Below, in pieces: positions 1 to 9,458 of a stretch of 64,000 bases of DNA. Within the stretch, counting starts at the first letter, position 1; each line of letters opens with the position of its first letter. A model generated the notes under the pieces. It was not told the DNA's origin, made no database searches, and worked only from the letters and a program-made list of their open reading frames with translations. The stretch spans positions 62,001 through 126,000 of IMG/VR virus record IMGVR_UViG_3300027621_000003. One strand, 5' to 3'. The translations under genes and the position numbers were made by a program.

Positions 1-797
1 GGGTTTTTTATTTTTATTTGTGGGAGATTAATATTTGAGAAGTATTTTGACCAACCTTTATAATTCTCTAAATCATAAGGAGTTCCCCACTGTAACATGT
101 TTTCAATCTCAAATATACCAACTTTAAGACCATCATTAACTAACAGGTTATAAAGTAAACTTACATAATATTCACCATTTATATTAATGTCTAAATCAAT
201 AAGTTTTTGAGAATATTCTTTTAATAAATTACCCGATTTAAAATAATACGTACCATTTGATGCGTATTCATTCATTTTGTTGTCAGTAAAAGGTTCTTTT
301 TCTTTTATTTGAATAAGCTCCATATTACTTTCTTTACAGAAAGCATAATTGTCACTACCTAACATATGTGGGTGAAATCCTGTATAACAAGGAATTGCAC
401 CATCAAGATTTTTATCATTTACGTAATTAATAAAATTTTCAAAATCCCAATAAGTTCCATAATCACAATAACTCACAATTGTTTGTTTGTTATTATCAAT
501 AAAATCAAATATTTGATGAATTGCGTTTATTGGTCCCTTTGTGTTATTAGCAACTTCAAATATTCTACAATTTGGGGAAATATCATTAAGAACTTTCCTC
601 ATATTTGTTTGTTTTAAATGAATATCATTACAAATAAAAATAACATCCTTTACACCAGGAAATAAATCAACAACATGTTTTATTATAGGATAACCATCAA
701 CATCAATTAATGATTTGGTTTTTTCATATCCAGCGTCTATGAACCTTTTACCAATACCTGACATTGGTATAATTAATTGAATATTATTATCAATCAT
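1..797 (-). CDS. Sugar nucleotidyltransferase-like protein (NTP_transferase fold), runs off left edge
   Basis: Not in the ORF track. Manual translation from ATG at 797 gives MIDNNIQLIIPMSGIGKRFIDAGYEKTKSLIDVDG...SYCDY...NGEYYVS...WGTPYDL, with the IPMxGxGxRF..K signature; frame open to position 1. Confidence 0.8.
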   Translation of the reverse strand, partial: MIDNNIQLIIPMSGIGKRFIDAGYEKTKSLIDVDGYPIIKHVVDLFPGVKDVIFICNDIHLKQTNMRKVLNDISPNCRIFEVANNTKGPINAIHQIFDFIDNNKQTIVSYCDYGTYWDFENFINYVNDKNLDGAIPCYTGFHPHMLGSDNYAFCKESNMELIQIKEKEPFTDNKMNEYASNGTYYFKSGNLLKEYSQKLIDLDININGEYYVSLLYNLLVNDGLKVGIFEIENMLQWGTPYDLENYKGWSKYFSNINLPQIKIKN

Positions 798-798
798 A

Positions 799-1671
799 TT
801 AAAATGGCATATCAATGAATTTTTCGGGGTCATCAATGATTTTATTTATAATTAAATCATTCATATTGTAATTGGCTCCCTTAAAGTGGTTATAAAAACT
901 AATAATTTTATCTTTAGTTTCTTTATTGTTGAATATTTGGCTTGTGTCGTGTGAAAAATTATAAAATTTAAGATTATAACTATCATAAACACAATTTGAC
1001 TCAAGTATGTTAGTATCTGAATATTTGTTTGGTATTTGGGGAATATTTAATCTTTCTAAGATTTGATTAGTTATCCATATATTGAAATAAGGTGTTAAAT
1101 GATTTTGTGTGACAAATAATCTCTTATCTTTATAATGTTCTAATATAAAATCAGATACTTTTATATCACAAATTTCATCTTTCTCTTTCAATAATTCCAT
1201 ACAAACATTCATTCTTTCTTCAAAATAAAAATCAATTAAACCATTGTCATACAAATTTATAATTTCATCAATTTTACGTTTTTCTAAAATCAAAGACATT
1301 ATATTTTTCCATCCACAATTAATTAATGTTTGAAGTGTCCATCTTGGCGAAGCGTCTTCCCAATAAGTGGTATAAAATGATGAGTTGTATACATAGGGAA
1401 AACTAATTTTTACACAACTGTCTTTTAACATTGATTTTAAATTCTCTGTACCATAAACTCCGTGACTTTCTCCAAGTGGTTGGTATATAAAAACATCACA
1501 GTTTTTAAGTTCATCAACATCAATATTTACTAATTTTTTTGTTTGTTCTCTATCATGATTCACATAGGATATTAAATCATAATGTTTTTTGAATTCAGGT
1601 AAATTATTTAATAATTCATAAACATAAATAATGGCCTGACAATTGCCATATAGTATACATTTTTTTTTCAT
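799..1671 (-). CDS. WcbI-family polysaccharide biosynthesis putative acetyltransferase
   Basis: N-terminal YGNCQ motif, DVFIYQP, LFVTQNH; glycan-cluster context. Confidence 0.7.
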   Translation of the reverse strand: MKKKCILYGNCQAIIYVYELLNNLPEFKKHYDLISYVNHDREQTKKLVNIDVDELKNCDVFIYQPLGESHGVYGTENLKSMLKDSCVKISFPYVYNSSFYTTYWEDASPRWTLQTLINCGWKNIMSLILEKRKIDEIINLYDNGLIDFYFEERMNVCMELLKEKDEICDIKVSDFILEHYKDKRLFVTQNHLTPYFNIWITNQILERLNIPQIPNKYSDTNILESNCVYDSYNLKFYNFSHDTSQIFNNKETKDKIISFYNHFKGANYNMNDLIINKIIDDPEKFIDMPF

Positions 1672-1675
1672 TTTT

Positions 1676-2686
1676 TTAAAGTAATTTTAACCAATCTTTA
1701 TAGTAATAGATATTTTCTAATTCCGACCACTTAGTATACACAATTTGACTATCTTCTAAAAGGTATACAAAATTGTTTTTATTAATAAAGGATGAAAACA
1801 TAGAAAAACCAGAATATCTTTGAGATAATAAAACATTTTTTGAAATGGACATCAAATACATATCATAATATGTTTGTTCAAAATCAAATTCAAATGATGG
1901 GGTTTTTAAATAATAATCCTTATACATATTTTCCCATTTTAATTTTTCTTTCTCATCATCAGAACAAAATAAAATTTTTGAGTTTGGTTTTTTTTCTAAA
2001 AAAGAATCAATAGCAATTTTAGTTAATTCATTTAAATCATTTAATTCTCTATAATCAATTACCTCGTTATTTAATTTAGACAATCTTACTTTATCTTCTC
2101 TTCTTAAGTGTACTGTTAAATCAGGAATAATATCTACTTTTGAAACATCTATAAGTTTTTTTGTTGGTTTAAAACTATTACAGACAGTATAAAAAGTTTC
2201 AATAAATGACTTCAAATCTATTCCCAATTTATTTGTTTTAAAAGGGGAATAATAACTCATAATTAAATTATCGTTTAATACGTATTTTTGATAAAACGTT
2301 ATTGGTGATTCAACTCCACCAATATACCCATCAAAATATGATAAATTTAATAAATCCGATTCATTTTTTTCAATAAATGTGTTTTCAGGTAATTCAAAAT
2401 ATTTTAAAAAATTTTCATGTTTATAGTCAGAATATCTAACATCTTTAAAAAATTTACAGATGTGACCACTATTATCTAATTTTAAATTGTCTAAACTTGT
2501 GTTATCATCTTCTTTTGTGTGATAGTAAGATTTACCATCCCCATGATTACTATATAGTGGTTTCCATTTTGAACTAAAATCTGAGTTGTTTAATTTAGCA
2601 TATGTTGCTATTAAAGAAAAATCAATAAGTCTATCACACAAACCAGATAGTGGAGAGTTAGTCCATATTAAAGTATTATTATTCAT
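1676..2686 (-). CDS. Fucosyltransferase-fold (GT11/GT23-like) glycosyltransferase
   Basis: SGLCDRL, VHLRREDK (HxRxxD GDP-sugar motif), FCSDD, SGFS. Confidence 0.55.
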   Translation of the reverse strand: MNNNTLIWTNSPLSGLCDRLIDFSLIATYAKLNNSDFSSKWKPLYSNHGDGKSYYHTKEDDNTSLDNLKLDNSGHICKFFKDVRYSDYKHENFLKYFELPENTFIEKNESDLLNLSYFDGYIGGVESPITFYQKYVLNDNLIMSYYSPFKTNKLGIDLKSFIETFYTVCNSFKPTKKLIDVSKVDIIPDLTVHLRREDKVRLSKLNNEVIDYRELNDLNELTKIAIDSFLEKKPNSKILFCSDDEKEKLKWENMYKDYYLKTPSFEFDFEQTYYDMYLMSISKNVLLSQRYSGFSMFSSFINKNNFVYLLEDSQIVYTKWSELENIYYYKDWLKLL

Positions 2687-2689
2687 AAA

Positions 2690-3511
2690 TTATTTAAGTA
2701 TTTGCCAATTTTCGGGTATAGGATTTTCATAAATTGTGTAACCTTCTCTTTGGTTAGCATAATAATGAAAATACTTTGGGATTTGTTTTATTTTTTCGTT
2801 AGTTAAAGATAAAAAATAAATCAAAACTGAATAACTTGAATCAATAAAATGAATTTCTTTTGCGTTTTCTAAAATTTTAATTTGGTCAACCATAGTTTTT
2901 GAACCATCGTTTAATTGGTGGACATAAATGTCATTAGGTAATTTAGACTTATCAATATTTATCCCTCTTTGACTATCATCATGTAATACAATGTAATCTT
3001 TTTCAGGTAACAATTCATATTTTTTATTTTCACTATCGTCATCTCTGTAAACAGAAAATTCAGTTTCTCTAACTTTTAAATCAAGATTTTCAAACAAATA
3101 AAAAGAATGTGAAAAAGAAATGTTGTTATTTATATTTTTTCCTAAAAATGATTTCCATAACTCATAATCTTCTTTAAAACAACCAACTTTAATATTGTCA
3201 TAATCACTCCACTCTGAATAATCAACAAATTTGTGTGTATCATACTTTGTATCATATCTACAAGAATAATGGTCTGATTGCATACAAATCAAACAAGAAC
3301 TATTGTATATGTTTTGGTTAATTAATTTAGGTATAACACATTTTATATTTGGTTTGTGTTTATACATTTCTTCAATAACAATCCTTCTTGATTCGTCTAA
3401 TGCAAATATAATTAATTCATCGTACAAATTAGCATAGTAATTACATAATGAATTATTTGTAAATAAATCACCAAATCCTTGGTGATGCATTATTGTTGCT
3501 TTCTTATTCAT
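2690..3511 (-). CDS. Putative GT-B glycosyltransferase, paralog of 4593..5339
   Basis: HHQGFGD N-terminus, ILENAKEIHFIDSS, C-terminal NWQILK shared with paralog. Confidence 0.45.
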   Translation of the reverse strand: MNKKATIMHHQGFGDLFTNNSLCNYYANLYDELIIFALDESRRIVIEEMYKHKPNIKCVIPKLINQNIYNSSCLICMQSDHYSCRYDTKYDTHKFVDYSEWSDYDNIKVGCFKEDYELWKSFLGKNINNNISFSHSFYLFENLDLKVRETEFSVYRDDDSENKKYELLPEKDYIVLHDDSQRGINIDKSKLPNDIYVHQLNDGSKTMVDQIKILENAKEIHFIDSSYSVLIYFLSLTNEKIKQIPKYFHYYANQREGYTIYENPIPENWQILK

Positions 3512-3512
3512 A

Positions 3513-4586
3513 TTAATTGGTGTTATTTTTTACTTGATAGTCAACCCAGTTATATGTTTCTTTAAGACCATCAATTAATAATTTGAAAGGTTCCCATCCT
3601 ATTTTTTTACGAAAAAGTTTATTATCCGATTTTCTACCTTTCACACCTAATGGACATTTAAATCCATACTTATTTAAAAATTCATCACCGTAAAGATTGT
3701 CTATTTTTACATTTTTCTGAGATATATCAATTGTCATTTGGGCTAATTGATTTATTGTTACCATCTCTTCACTTCCTATATTTACGGGTTCCATAAAATC
3801 ACTATTCATCAAACGTTCTACGGCCTCTAAACACTCATCTATAAATAAAAACGAGCGTGTTTGTTGACCATCACCCCACACTTCAATAGAACCATTATCT
3901 TCACATTCAGAAACCTTTCTACACATAGCCGCAGGGGATTTTTCTTTACCACCTTTCCAAGTACCCATAGGACCAAAAACATTATGAAATCTACCAATTC
4001 GTACATTTAGATTATAATTTCTATGATAAGCTAAAAACAATCTTTCTGAAAATAATTTTTCCCACCCATATTCTGAATCAGGATTTGCTGGATAGGCTGA
4101 AGACTCTTCACAGTTTGGATTGTTTGGGTCTAATTGATTATGTTCAGGATACATACACGCAGAAGATGAATAGAATATTTTCTTTATATCGTATTTAACC
4201 GACTCATTTAATACATTTAAATTTATTAAAGATGAATTATGCATAACGTTTGCATCATTTTCACCAGTAAAAATGTATGCCGCACCACCCATATCTGCCG
4301 CCAATTGATAAACTTCATCAAATGAATCACCAATTACCTCATCAATATGATTTTCAAAATCAACAAATTTTGTTATAATTTTTTGGTCAGGAGAAAGTAA
4401 AACGTTTTTAACAACATTAATATCTTTTAAGTCTCCCTGTACAAATTCATGACAAATTTCATTTTCTTGAAAGTATTCGTGTTTTTTTACATCACATATT
4501 CTGACCCAACACCCCTCATCTTTTAATTTTTTTGCGAGGTGTCCACCGATAAATCCACCACCACCTAATACTAAAATTTTTTTCAT
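3513..4586 (-). CDS. gme: GDP-mannose 3',5'-epimerase (extended SDR)
   Basis: GGGGFIG, LAADMGG, SSACMYP, YGWEK, GGKEKSPAAMCRKV, WGDGQQTRSF: GME-specific motifs including catalytic Cys and Lys. Confidence 0.88.
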   Translation of the reverse strand: MKKILVLGGGGFIGGHLAKKLKDEGCWVRICDVKKHEYFQENEICHEFVQGDLKDINVVKNVLLSPDQKIITKFVDFENHIDEVIGDSFDEVYQLAADMGGAAYIFTGENDANVMHNSSLINLNVLNESVKYDIKKIFYSSSACMYPEHNQLDPNNPNCEESSAYPANPDSEYGWEKLFSERLFLAYHRNYNLNVRIGRFHNVFGPMGTWKGGKEKSPAAMCRKVSECEDNGSIEVWGDGQQTRSFLFIDECLEAVERLMNSDFMEPVNIGSEEMVTINQLAQMTIDISQKNVKIDNLYGDEFLNKYGFKCPLGVKGRKSDNKLFRKKIGWEPFKLLIDGLKETYNWVDYQVKNNTN

Positions 4587-4592
4587 ATTAAT

Positions 4593-5339
4593 TTAAATAA
4601 TTTGCCAATTTGTTAAAGTTTTTGGTTTAAGAAACATTTCTTTATAACCACGTAAACAATATGTTGATATTGTAATATGATTAAATAATTCATATTTACT
4701 ATCTACTTGATATAAAAACGCTCCCCATACAGAATCCAACACATGAATATCTTTTGCGTTTTGAAGTATTTTAATATAGTCAAAAAAAGTGTTTGTTGAC
4801 TTATTTAAATCAACTAATTTACTTGTAGGATGTTTATCTCTAATACTTGAAATAATACTATCATTTAATCCATGGTATAACACATAATCATTACCATGTT
4901 CCGCAACAAATTTTGAATATGTAGATTCTTCTAAGTTTAAATCTCTATCAAACTCAAACATTGACACTCTTTCAGAGTAATCAATCCCATATGATTTATA
5001 AAATTTCTCAACAAAAAAAAGATTATGGTCTCTATTACTAAATGCTCCTTGATAAGAATCATTTCTATAACCATCAAACATACCAAAAATTAATAATGAA
5101 TTATTGTGACGGTAGTCGTTTAAAAGAGATGATAAATTATTATCAATTTGAGATTTATCAACATAACATGCGGTCACATTTGGTAAAGATTTTAAGTAAA
5201 AATCAATTATCTCCTTAAAATCGTTTCTCATTAATAAATTAATTTTATTAAATTTCTTTGAAAGAATATTAACCAATGGGAGACAGTTAATTACATCTGT
5301 AAAACCTTGGTGAAATAAAATTGTTCCTGTATTATTCAT
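4593..5339 (-). CDS. Putative GT-B glycosyltransferase, paralog of 2690..3511
   Basis: FHQGFTD, ILQNAKDIHVLDSVW, NWQII. Confidence 0.45.
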   Translation of the reverse strand: MNNTGTILFHQGFTDVINCLPLVNILSKKFNKINLLMRNDFKEIIDFYLKSLPNVTACYVDKSQIDNNLSSLLNDYRHNNSLLIFGMFDGYRNDSYQGAFSNRDHNLFFVEKFYKSYGIDYSERVSMFEFDRDLNLEESTYSKFVAEHGNDYVLYHGLNDSIISSIRDKHPTSKLVDLNKSTNTFFDYIKILQNAKDIHVLDSVWGAFLYQVDSKYELFNHITISTYCLRGYKEMFLKPKTLTNWQII

Positions 5340-5340
5340 T

Positions 5341-5898
5341 TTATAAAAATTTTAACCAGCTAGTGTCATTATATGTTTTGTCGGGTTTACCAAAAGTTTC
5401 ATTAACCGCATTTACAACACCCATAAAACATGCTTCTAAATAATCGTGACCTGCAATAATACCGCCTTGTTTTATTTTGGGTAGCCACATATTAATATCT
5501 TCTTTACAAGAATTATACGAATGGTCACCATCAATATATACAAAATCTAATGAACCATCGGCAATTTCTTTAACAAATTCCTTAGAAGTTGTTTTATGTT
5601 TTTTAATAACACTAAAATTTTTTGTTCTAATATCAAAATTAGATTCAACAACGCTCATTGGGTATTTATCTGAGCAAGCATCACCTGGTGCGTATCCATT
5701 GGACCATGGGTCAATTGCATGTAACTCCTGTAGTCCATTTATATTATCCGCAAAAATGATTGTTGATTCACCTTGGTAGGAACCAACTTCAACCATGTTT
5801 GTAATTTTATTGTCTAAATCGTTTATTAAATCAATCAACCCTTGTTTGTAGGTTGAGTTTCTACATGTTGCTTCATGCAACTCAATTAATTCAGTCAT
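5341..5898 (-). CDS. Class I SAM-dependent methyltransferase (Methyltransf_24-like)
   Basis: VEVGSYQGES, AIDPW, DFVYIDGDHSY, GGIIAGHDY. Confidence 0.85.
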   Translation of the reverse strand: MTELIELHEATCRNSTYKQGLIDLINDLDNKITNMVEVGSYQGESTIIFADNINGLQELHAIDPWSNGYAPGDACSDKYPMSVVESNFDIRTKNFSVIKKHKTTSKEFVKEIADGSLDFVYIDGDHSYNSCKEDINMWLPKIKQGGIIAGHDYLEACFMGVVNAVNETFGKPDKTYNDTSWLKFL

Positions 5899-6571
5899 TT
5901 TCGTGTATTATATCATATAGTTTATAGTACTCATCACCAAAAATATAATGAAAAGTAATTTGTTTTTTTATTTCTTCGTTAGTATAGTTCCAATATTTGG
6001 GTTCTCTTGGATTGAATAATGAACTATTGATTTGTTCAATATTATTGTCCGAACAAAAAATACCAACATTCGCATCTGCATATGGTGTTTGTTTGGCATT
6101 ATAATCCCCATTTTCTTCACGGAAATAACCGTATTTACCCGAAGGGTATGCGTTTTTTAGAATCTCTAAGGCTTTAAAATTAAATAATGTTCCAGCACCA
6201 CCTGAATGATAGTTTATACCAAAACCAGCACTATTCTCATTCAAACGACCTATTTTTACAATTTCATCTGTGGGAAGTGTTTTGACCAGTTCAATTAAAT
6301 TTTTATAGTTAACAAAACTATCGTCATCAACATTAATAAACCAATCAAAATCTTTACAGTTTTCAAATAGATAAACAAAAGATTTTAAATTTTTTTCAGG
6401 GGCACTTTCATAAGTTTTATTATCCGTAACTTTTACGGTATGATTTTCTTTATCATCATAATCTGAAATTATTAAATAATTTTCAAAATCTTTTAACCAA
6501 GTATCTTGAATAATTTTAATTCTAGAATCTAAGTGTTTTTCAGATGAAATAATTGTAACTAATATTTTCAT
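5891..6571 (-). CDS. GT31 Fringe/core-1 beta-1,3-galactosyltransferase-like glycosyltransferase
   Basis: IQDTW, DWFINVDDDSFV, SGGAG, DANVG, ITFHY. Confidence 0.75.
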   Translation of the reverse strand: MKILVTIISSEKHLDSRIKIIQDTWLKDFENYLIISDYDDKENHTVKVTDNKTYESAPEKNLKSFVYLFENCKDFDWFINVDDDSFVNYKNLIELVKTLPTDEIVKIGRLNENSAGFGINYHSGGAGTLFNFKALEILKNAYPSGKYGYFREENGDYNAKQTPYADANVGIFCSDNNIEQINSSLFNPREPKYWNYTNEEIKKQITFHYIFGDEYYKLYDIIHEND

Positions 6572-7278
6572 AATAAAGTATAATGATAATCTCTTTTATC
6601 TGTATCTAAATAAATTTCACCAACAAATTTACTATCATCTCTTTCTAAAGAAAATGGTTTACTCCATGGTTCCATGGCGTGAAATGAAGAATTCACATAA
6701 GAACTATCAATATAATTTGGGTAAATAATGTCTCTAAGAAAATGCATATCCCACCATTTTTCATACCAATCAACATCTACCCTATAATTTTTAGATGTAT
6801 TGTATTCTATGCAGGAACTTTCCATATTAAAATTTGGTTGTCTTCTCATACCCCACATCCCACCTAAAATATGGTATCCGTGGTGTGGATGGTCTCTCAT
6901 TATGTGTAGTATTTTTTCACTTTCAACCCACTCATCAACAGACACTTTTTCTCTTTCAGTAATTCTAGAATCAATATCACGAACAATAAATAACTCAACA
7001 TCTTCATCATCATTTGGTAAAAATCTCCATTGCATGGCACTTATTAAAGGATTTGTAATTAACTTGAATTCAAGTTTATCATAATCAATATTTTTTTGAA
7101 TTTCAGAAATATCAAATAACTCGTTATGATATAAGTAAATGTGCCAATTTGGATAGTACTTTTGAATTAAATTAATGTTTTGATACAATCCACTAATGTA
7201 TTTGTTGTGATTTGTTTCCATAACTCTTTCCCAATCTAAGGGTGCTTTATACAAACAAAAAGATATTACTCGTTTCAT
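6568..7278 (-). CDS. Conserved RDxDxR/RDHP/GGMWG protein, probable GT-A glycosyltransferase
   Basis: ISFCLY, WRF, VRDIDSR, HIMRDHPHH, ILGGMWG; paralog at 28590..29249. Confidence 0.5.
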   Translation of the reverse strand: MKRVISFCLYKAPLDWERVMETNHNKYISGLYQNINLIQKYYPNWHIYLYHNELFDISEIQKNIDYDKLEFKLITNPLISAMQWRFLPNDDEDVELFIVRDIDSRITEREKVSVDEWVESEKILHIMRDHPHHGYHILGGMWGMRRQPNFNMESSCIEYNTSKNYRVDVDWYEKWWDMHFLRDIIYPNYIDSSYVNSSFHAMEPWSKPFSLERDDSKFVGEIYLDTDKRDYHYTLL

Positions 7279-8000
7279 GTTAAAAATGTGTGTCTATCAT
7301 TTAAAAATTTATTTTTGTATTCATTGTGTAAATTAACCCAAGTTGAATAATCAGAATTATAATGAATGGCCTTTTTTTCAGGACATAAACTACATACCTT
7401 TATGTGGGTTAATGCCTTATGCTTATAACCAAATAAATGTGCTCTTATGGACATATCTGAATCGGCATAATAATATTTAAAGTCGGGGTGATACATACCA
7501 ATTTCTCTAAAAATGTTTTTTCTATAAATTCCATAATTCATGGTTATTTCACCAATAGTGTCATATTCATCAACAATACACCACCCTTTATTCTTTTGAT
7601 TTTCATGGTAACGACCTGTTATCCAATCATCGTCTGACACGTCAGTTCTATGACCATATTTCCAATTGAATAAATAAAAATCGTATCCGTCTTCAATTTC
7701 TGAAATTACGTCATCCCATGAATTAACTAATAAAACATCATCATTCCATTGACAGACTAATTCATGAGTAGCCTGTTCAATACCTAACTTCATAAAGTCA
7801 GGATAACTACTTCTTCCACCAACTTCAATTAACTTTATCCTTGGGTGGTTTAATTGTTTTATATATGTGGATGTTGGATTATTTAATTCTCCTCCATCAA
7901 CTAATACCAATTCTAATTTTTCGTGTGAATCAACGGTATTTTTAATTAAATCTGGTAAAAATTCCAATCGTTCAAGTGTTCCAGTAACAATACTTATCAT
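7275..8000 (-). CDS. GT2 glycosyltransferase
   Basis: ISIVTGT, VLVDGG, WNDD, YYADSDMSIR. Confidence 0.75.
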   Translation of the reverse strand: MISIVTGTLERLEFLPDLIKNTVDSHEKLELVLVDGGELNNPTSTYIKQLNHPRIKLIEVGGRSSYPDFMKLGIEQATHELVCQWNDDVLLVNSWDDVISEIEDGYDFYLFNWKYGHRTDVSDDDWITGRYHENQKNKGWCIVDEYDTIGEITMNYGIYRKNIFREIGMYHPDFKYYYADSDMSIRAHLFGYKHKALTHIKVCSLCPEKKAIHYNSDYSTWVNLHNEYKNKFLNDRHTFLT

Positions 8001-8004
8001 AATA

Positions 8005-8478
8005 TTAAGTATAAATAGATTTAGATATGTTTATATAGTCAGTACAAATTGCGTATACATTTTTTGTTGTGGTAGATATAAGGTCAGTATCACTTAATAA
8101 CGGAATTATACATTTATCATTTAAGTTAAGTTCTAAATCATGAACCCAAATATGGTTAGTGCTTGTTAACACAAAATTATCTGATGTATGACAAAAAAAC
8201 ATGTATGGTGTTTCATAATTTTTCTGTAATTCACACAATCTTGATGCTGCATTTAAATTTTTACAATGAAACCATATTTTATGTTTTCTTTTTTCTATCC
8301 AAGTTTCCGATATTTCATAATCAGGAGTATCGTGACCTAAAAAAAACTTATTGTTTAAATAGTTAATATCCACCTCAACATCATAACCCGCAGAAATTGC
8401 GGTATCAATATATGATGGTGAATTTTCTCTACTTGGATTAGGGCCAATCATATTACCTCTATGTGAAATTAATTTCAT
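8005..8478 (-). CDS. Glycerophosphodiester phosphodiesterase-like (PLC-like) small protein
   Basis: ISHRGN, GYDVEVD, LGHD, WFHCKN, ICTDY. Confidence 0.65.
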   Translation of the reverse strand: MKLISHRGNMIGPNPSRENSPSYIDTAISAGYDVEVDINYLNNKFFLGHDTPDYEISETWIEKRKHKIWFHCKNLNAASRLCELQKNYETPYMFFCHTSDNFVLTSTNHIWVHDLELNLNDKCIIPLLSDTDLISTTTKNVYAICTDYINISKSIYT

Positions 8479-8783
8479 ATTTCTTCAATTCTAAGTGTTT
8501 TATCATCAATGAATAAATCGTAATAAGGTTTTGTAACATTTAATTCGTGGTGTTTAGCACCCCACTCATTAAGTTGTTTTTTTGTTAAATCATACCAATT
8601 TATTTGTGTACGACTACCACGAGCTGTCCAATATACAATTGTATTCCCATCATCATATAATCTATTAATTTTATCAATATTTTCTTTGATGGGTTTGGCG
8701 TTGTAGTAGTTTCTAGGTTCTGGTGTTTCACAGATTGTTTCATCTATATCAACATAAATGACTCTTGTTTTATTTATTTCCAT
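8475..8783 (-). CDS. Small HAD-superfamily phosphatase (capsule biosynthesis phosphatase-like)
   Basis: VDIDETIC, YWTARG, KPYYDLFIDDK. Confidence 0.75.
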   Translation of the reverse strand: MEINKTRVIYVDIDETICETPEPRNYYNAKPIKENIDKINRLYDDGNTIVYWTARGSRTQINWYDLTKKQLNEWGAKHHELNVTKPYYDLFIDDKTLRIEEI

Positions 8784-9444
8784 TTTGTTTAATAAGGTTT
8801 TGTCTATAAATTTCTTTTTTATCAGTAATTAGGTTATTAACTTCAGTTTCATTCAAAAAATGTGTCTTACCTAAAACGTGACTACCAATAAAAATTTCGG
8901 CAGATTTTTCACAAATATCTGTAGACATTATACATTCTTGAATTGTTTCTCCACAACAAATAATACCATGATTTTGTAGTAATATTAATTTAGGAAAATA
9001 TTTTTCTTCTTTAATAAAAAGATTAATACAATCTTTAATAACATTTGTTAATTCTTCACCAGGTTTAGCATATGGTACAAAACAAGATTTAGTACCATTA
9101 AAAATAACTTGGTCAGGAAATAATCTGTTTTGTGCAAATGTTTTACTTAACTCACTACATAAAATTTTTACAGTATTTGATGGGTGTGTGTGAGAAACAT
9201 AATTAATGTCATCAAAACTTAATAGGTAGGTGTGAAAACTTAATTCCATACTACCTCTTTTTTTAAAATTATTTAATTGATTACCTTTAAAATCAAAAAA
9301 GACTAAATCTTTTTTTGTGAGAGATTCTAATCTTGTCCCACTTGCTTTAATAATTAAGCCATTTTTATACTTAGAGGAAACATTTCCTTCAAAACCGACA
9401 CAATGTTTTGATACAGATTTAGATAGTTCTAATATTTTTTTCAT
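8770..9444 (-). CDS. Class II aldolase/adducin family protein
   Basis: EGNVS, IKASG, SMELSFH, HTHP, LQNHG metal-binding motifs. Confidence 0.85.
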   Translation of the reverse strand: MKKILELSKSVSKHCVGFEGNVSSKYKNGLIIKASGTRLESLTKKDLVFFDFKGNQLNNFKKRGSMELSFHTYLLSFDDINYVSHTHPSNTVKILCSELSKTFAQNRLFPDQVIFNGTKSCFVPYAKPGEELTNVIKDCINLFIKEEKYFPKLILLQNHGIICCGETIQECIMSTDICEKSAEIFIGSHVLGKTHFLNETEVNNLITDKKEIYRQNLIKQNGNK

Positions 9445-9458
9445 TATTATATCTTATT

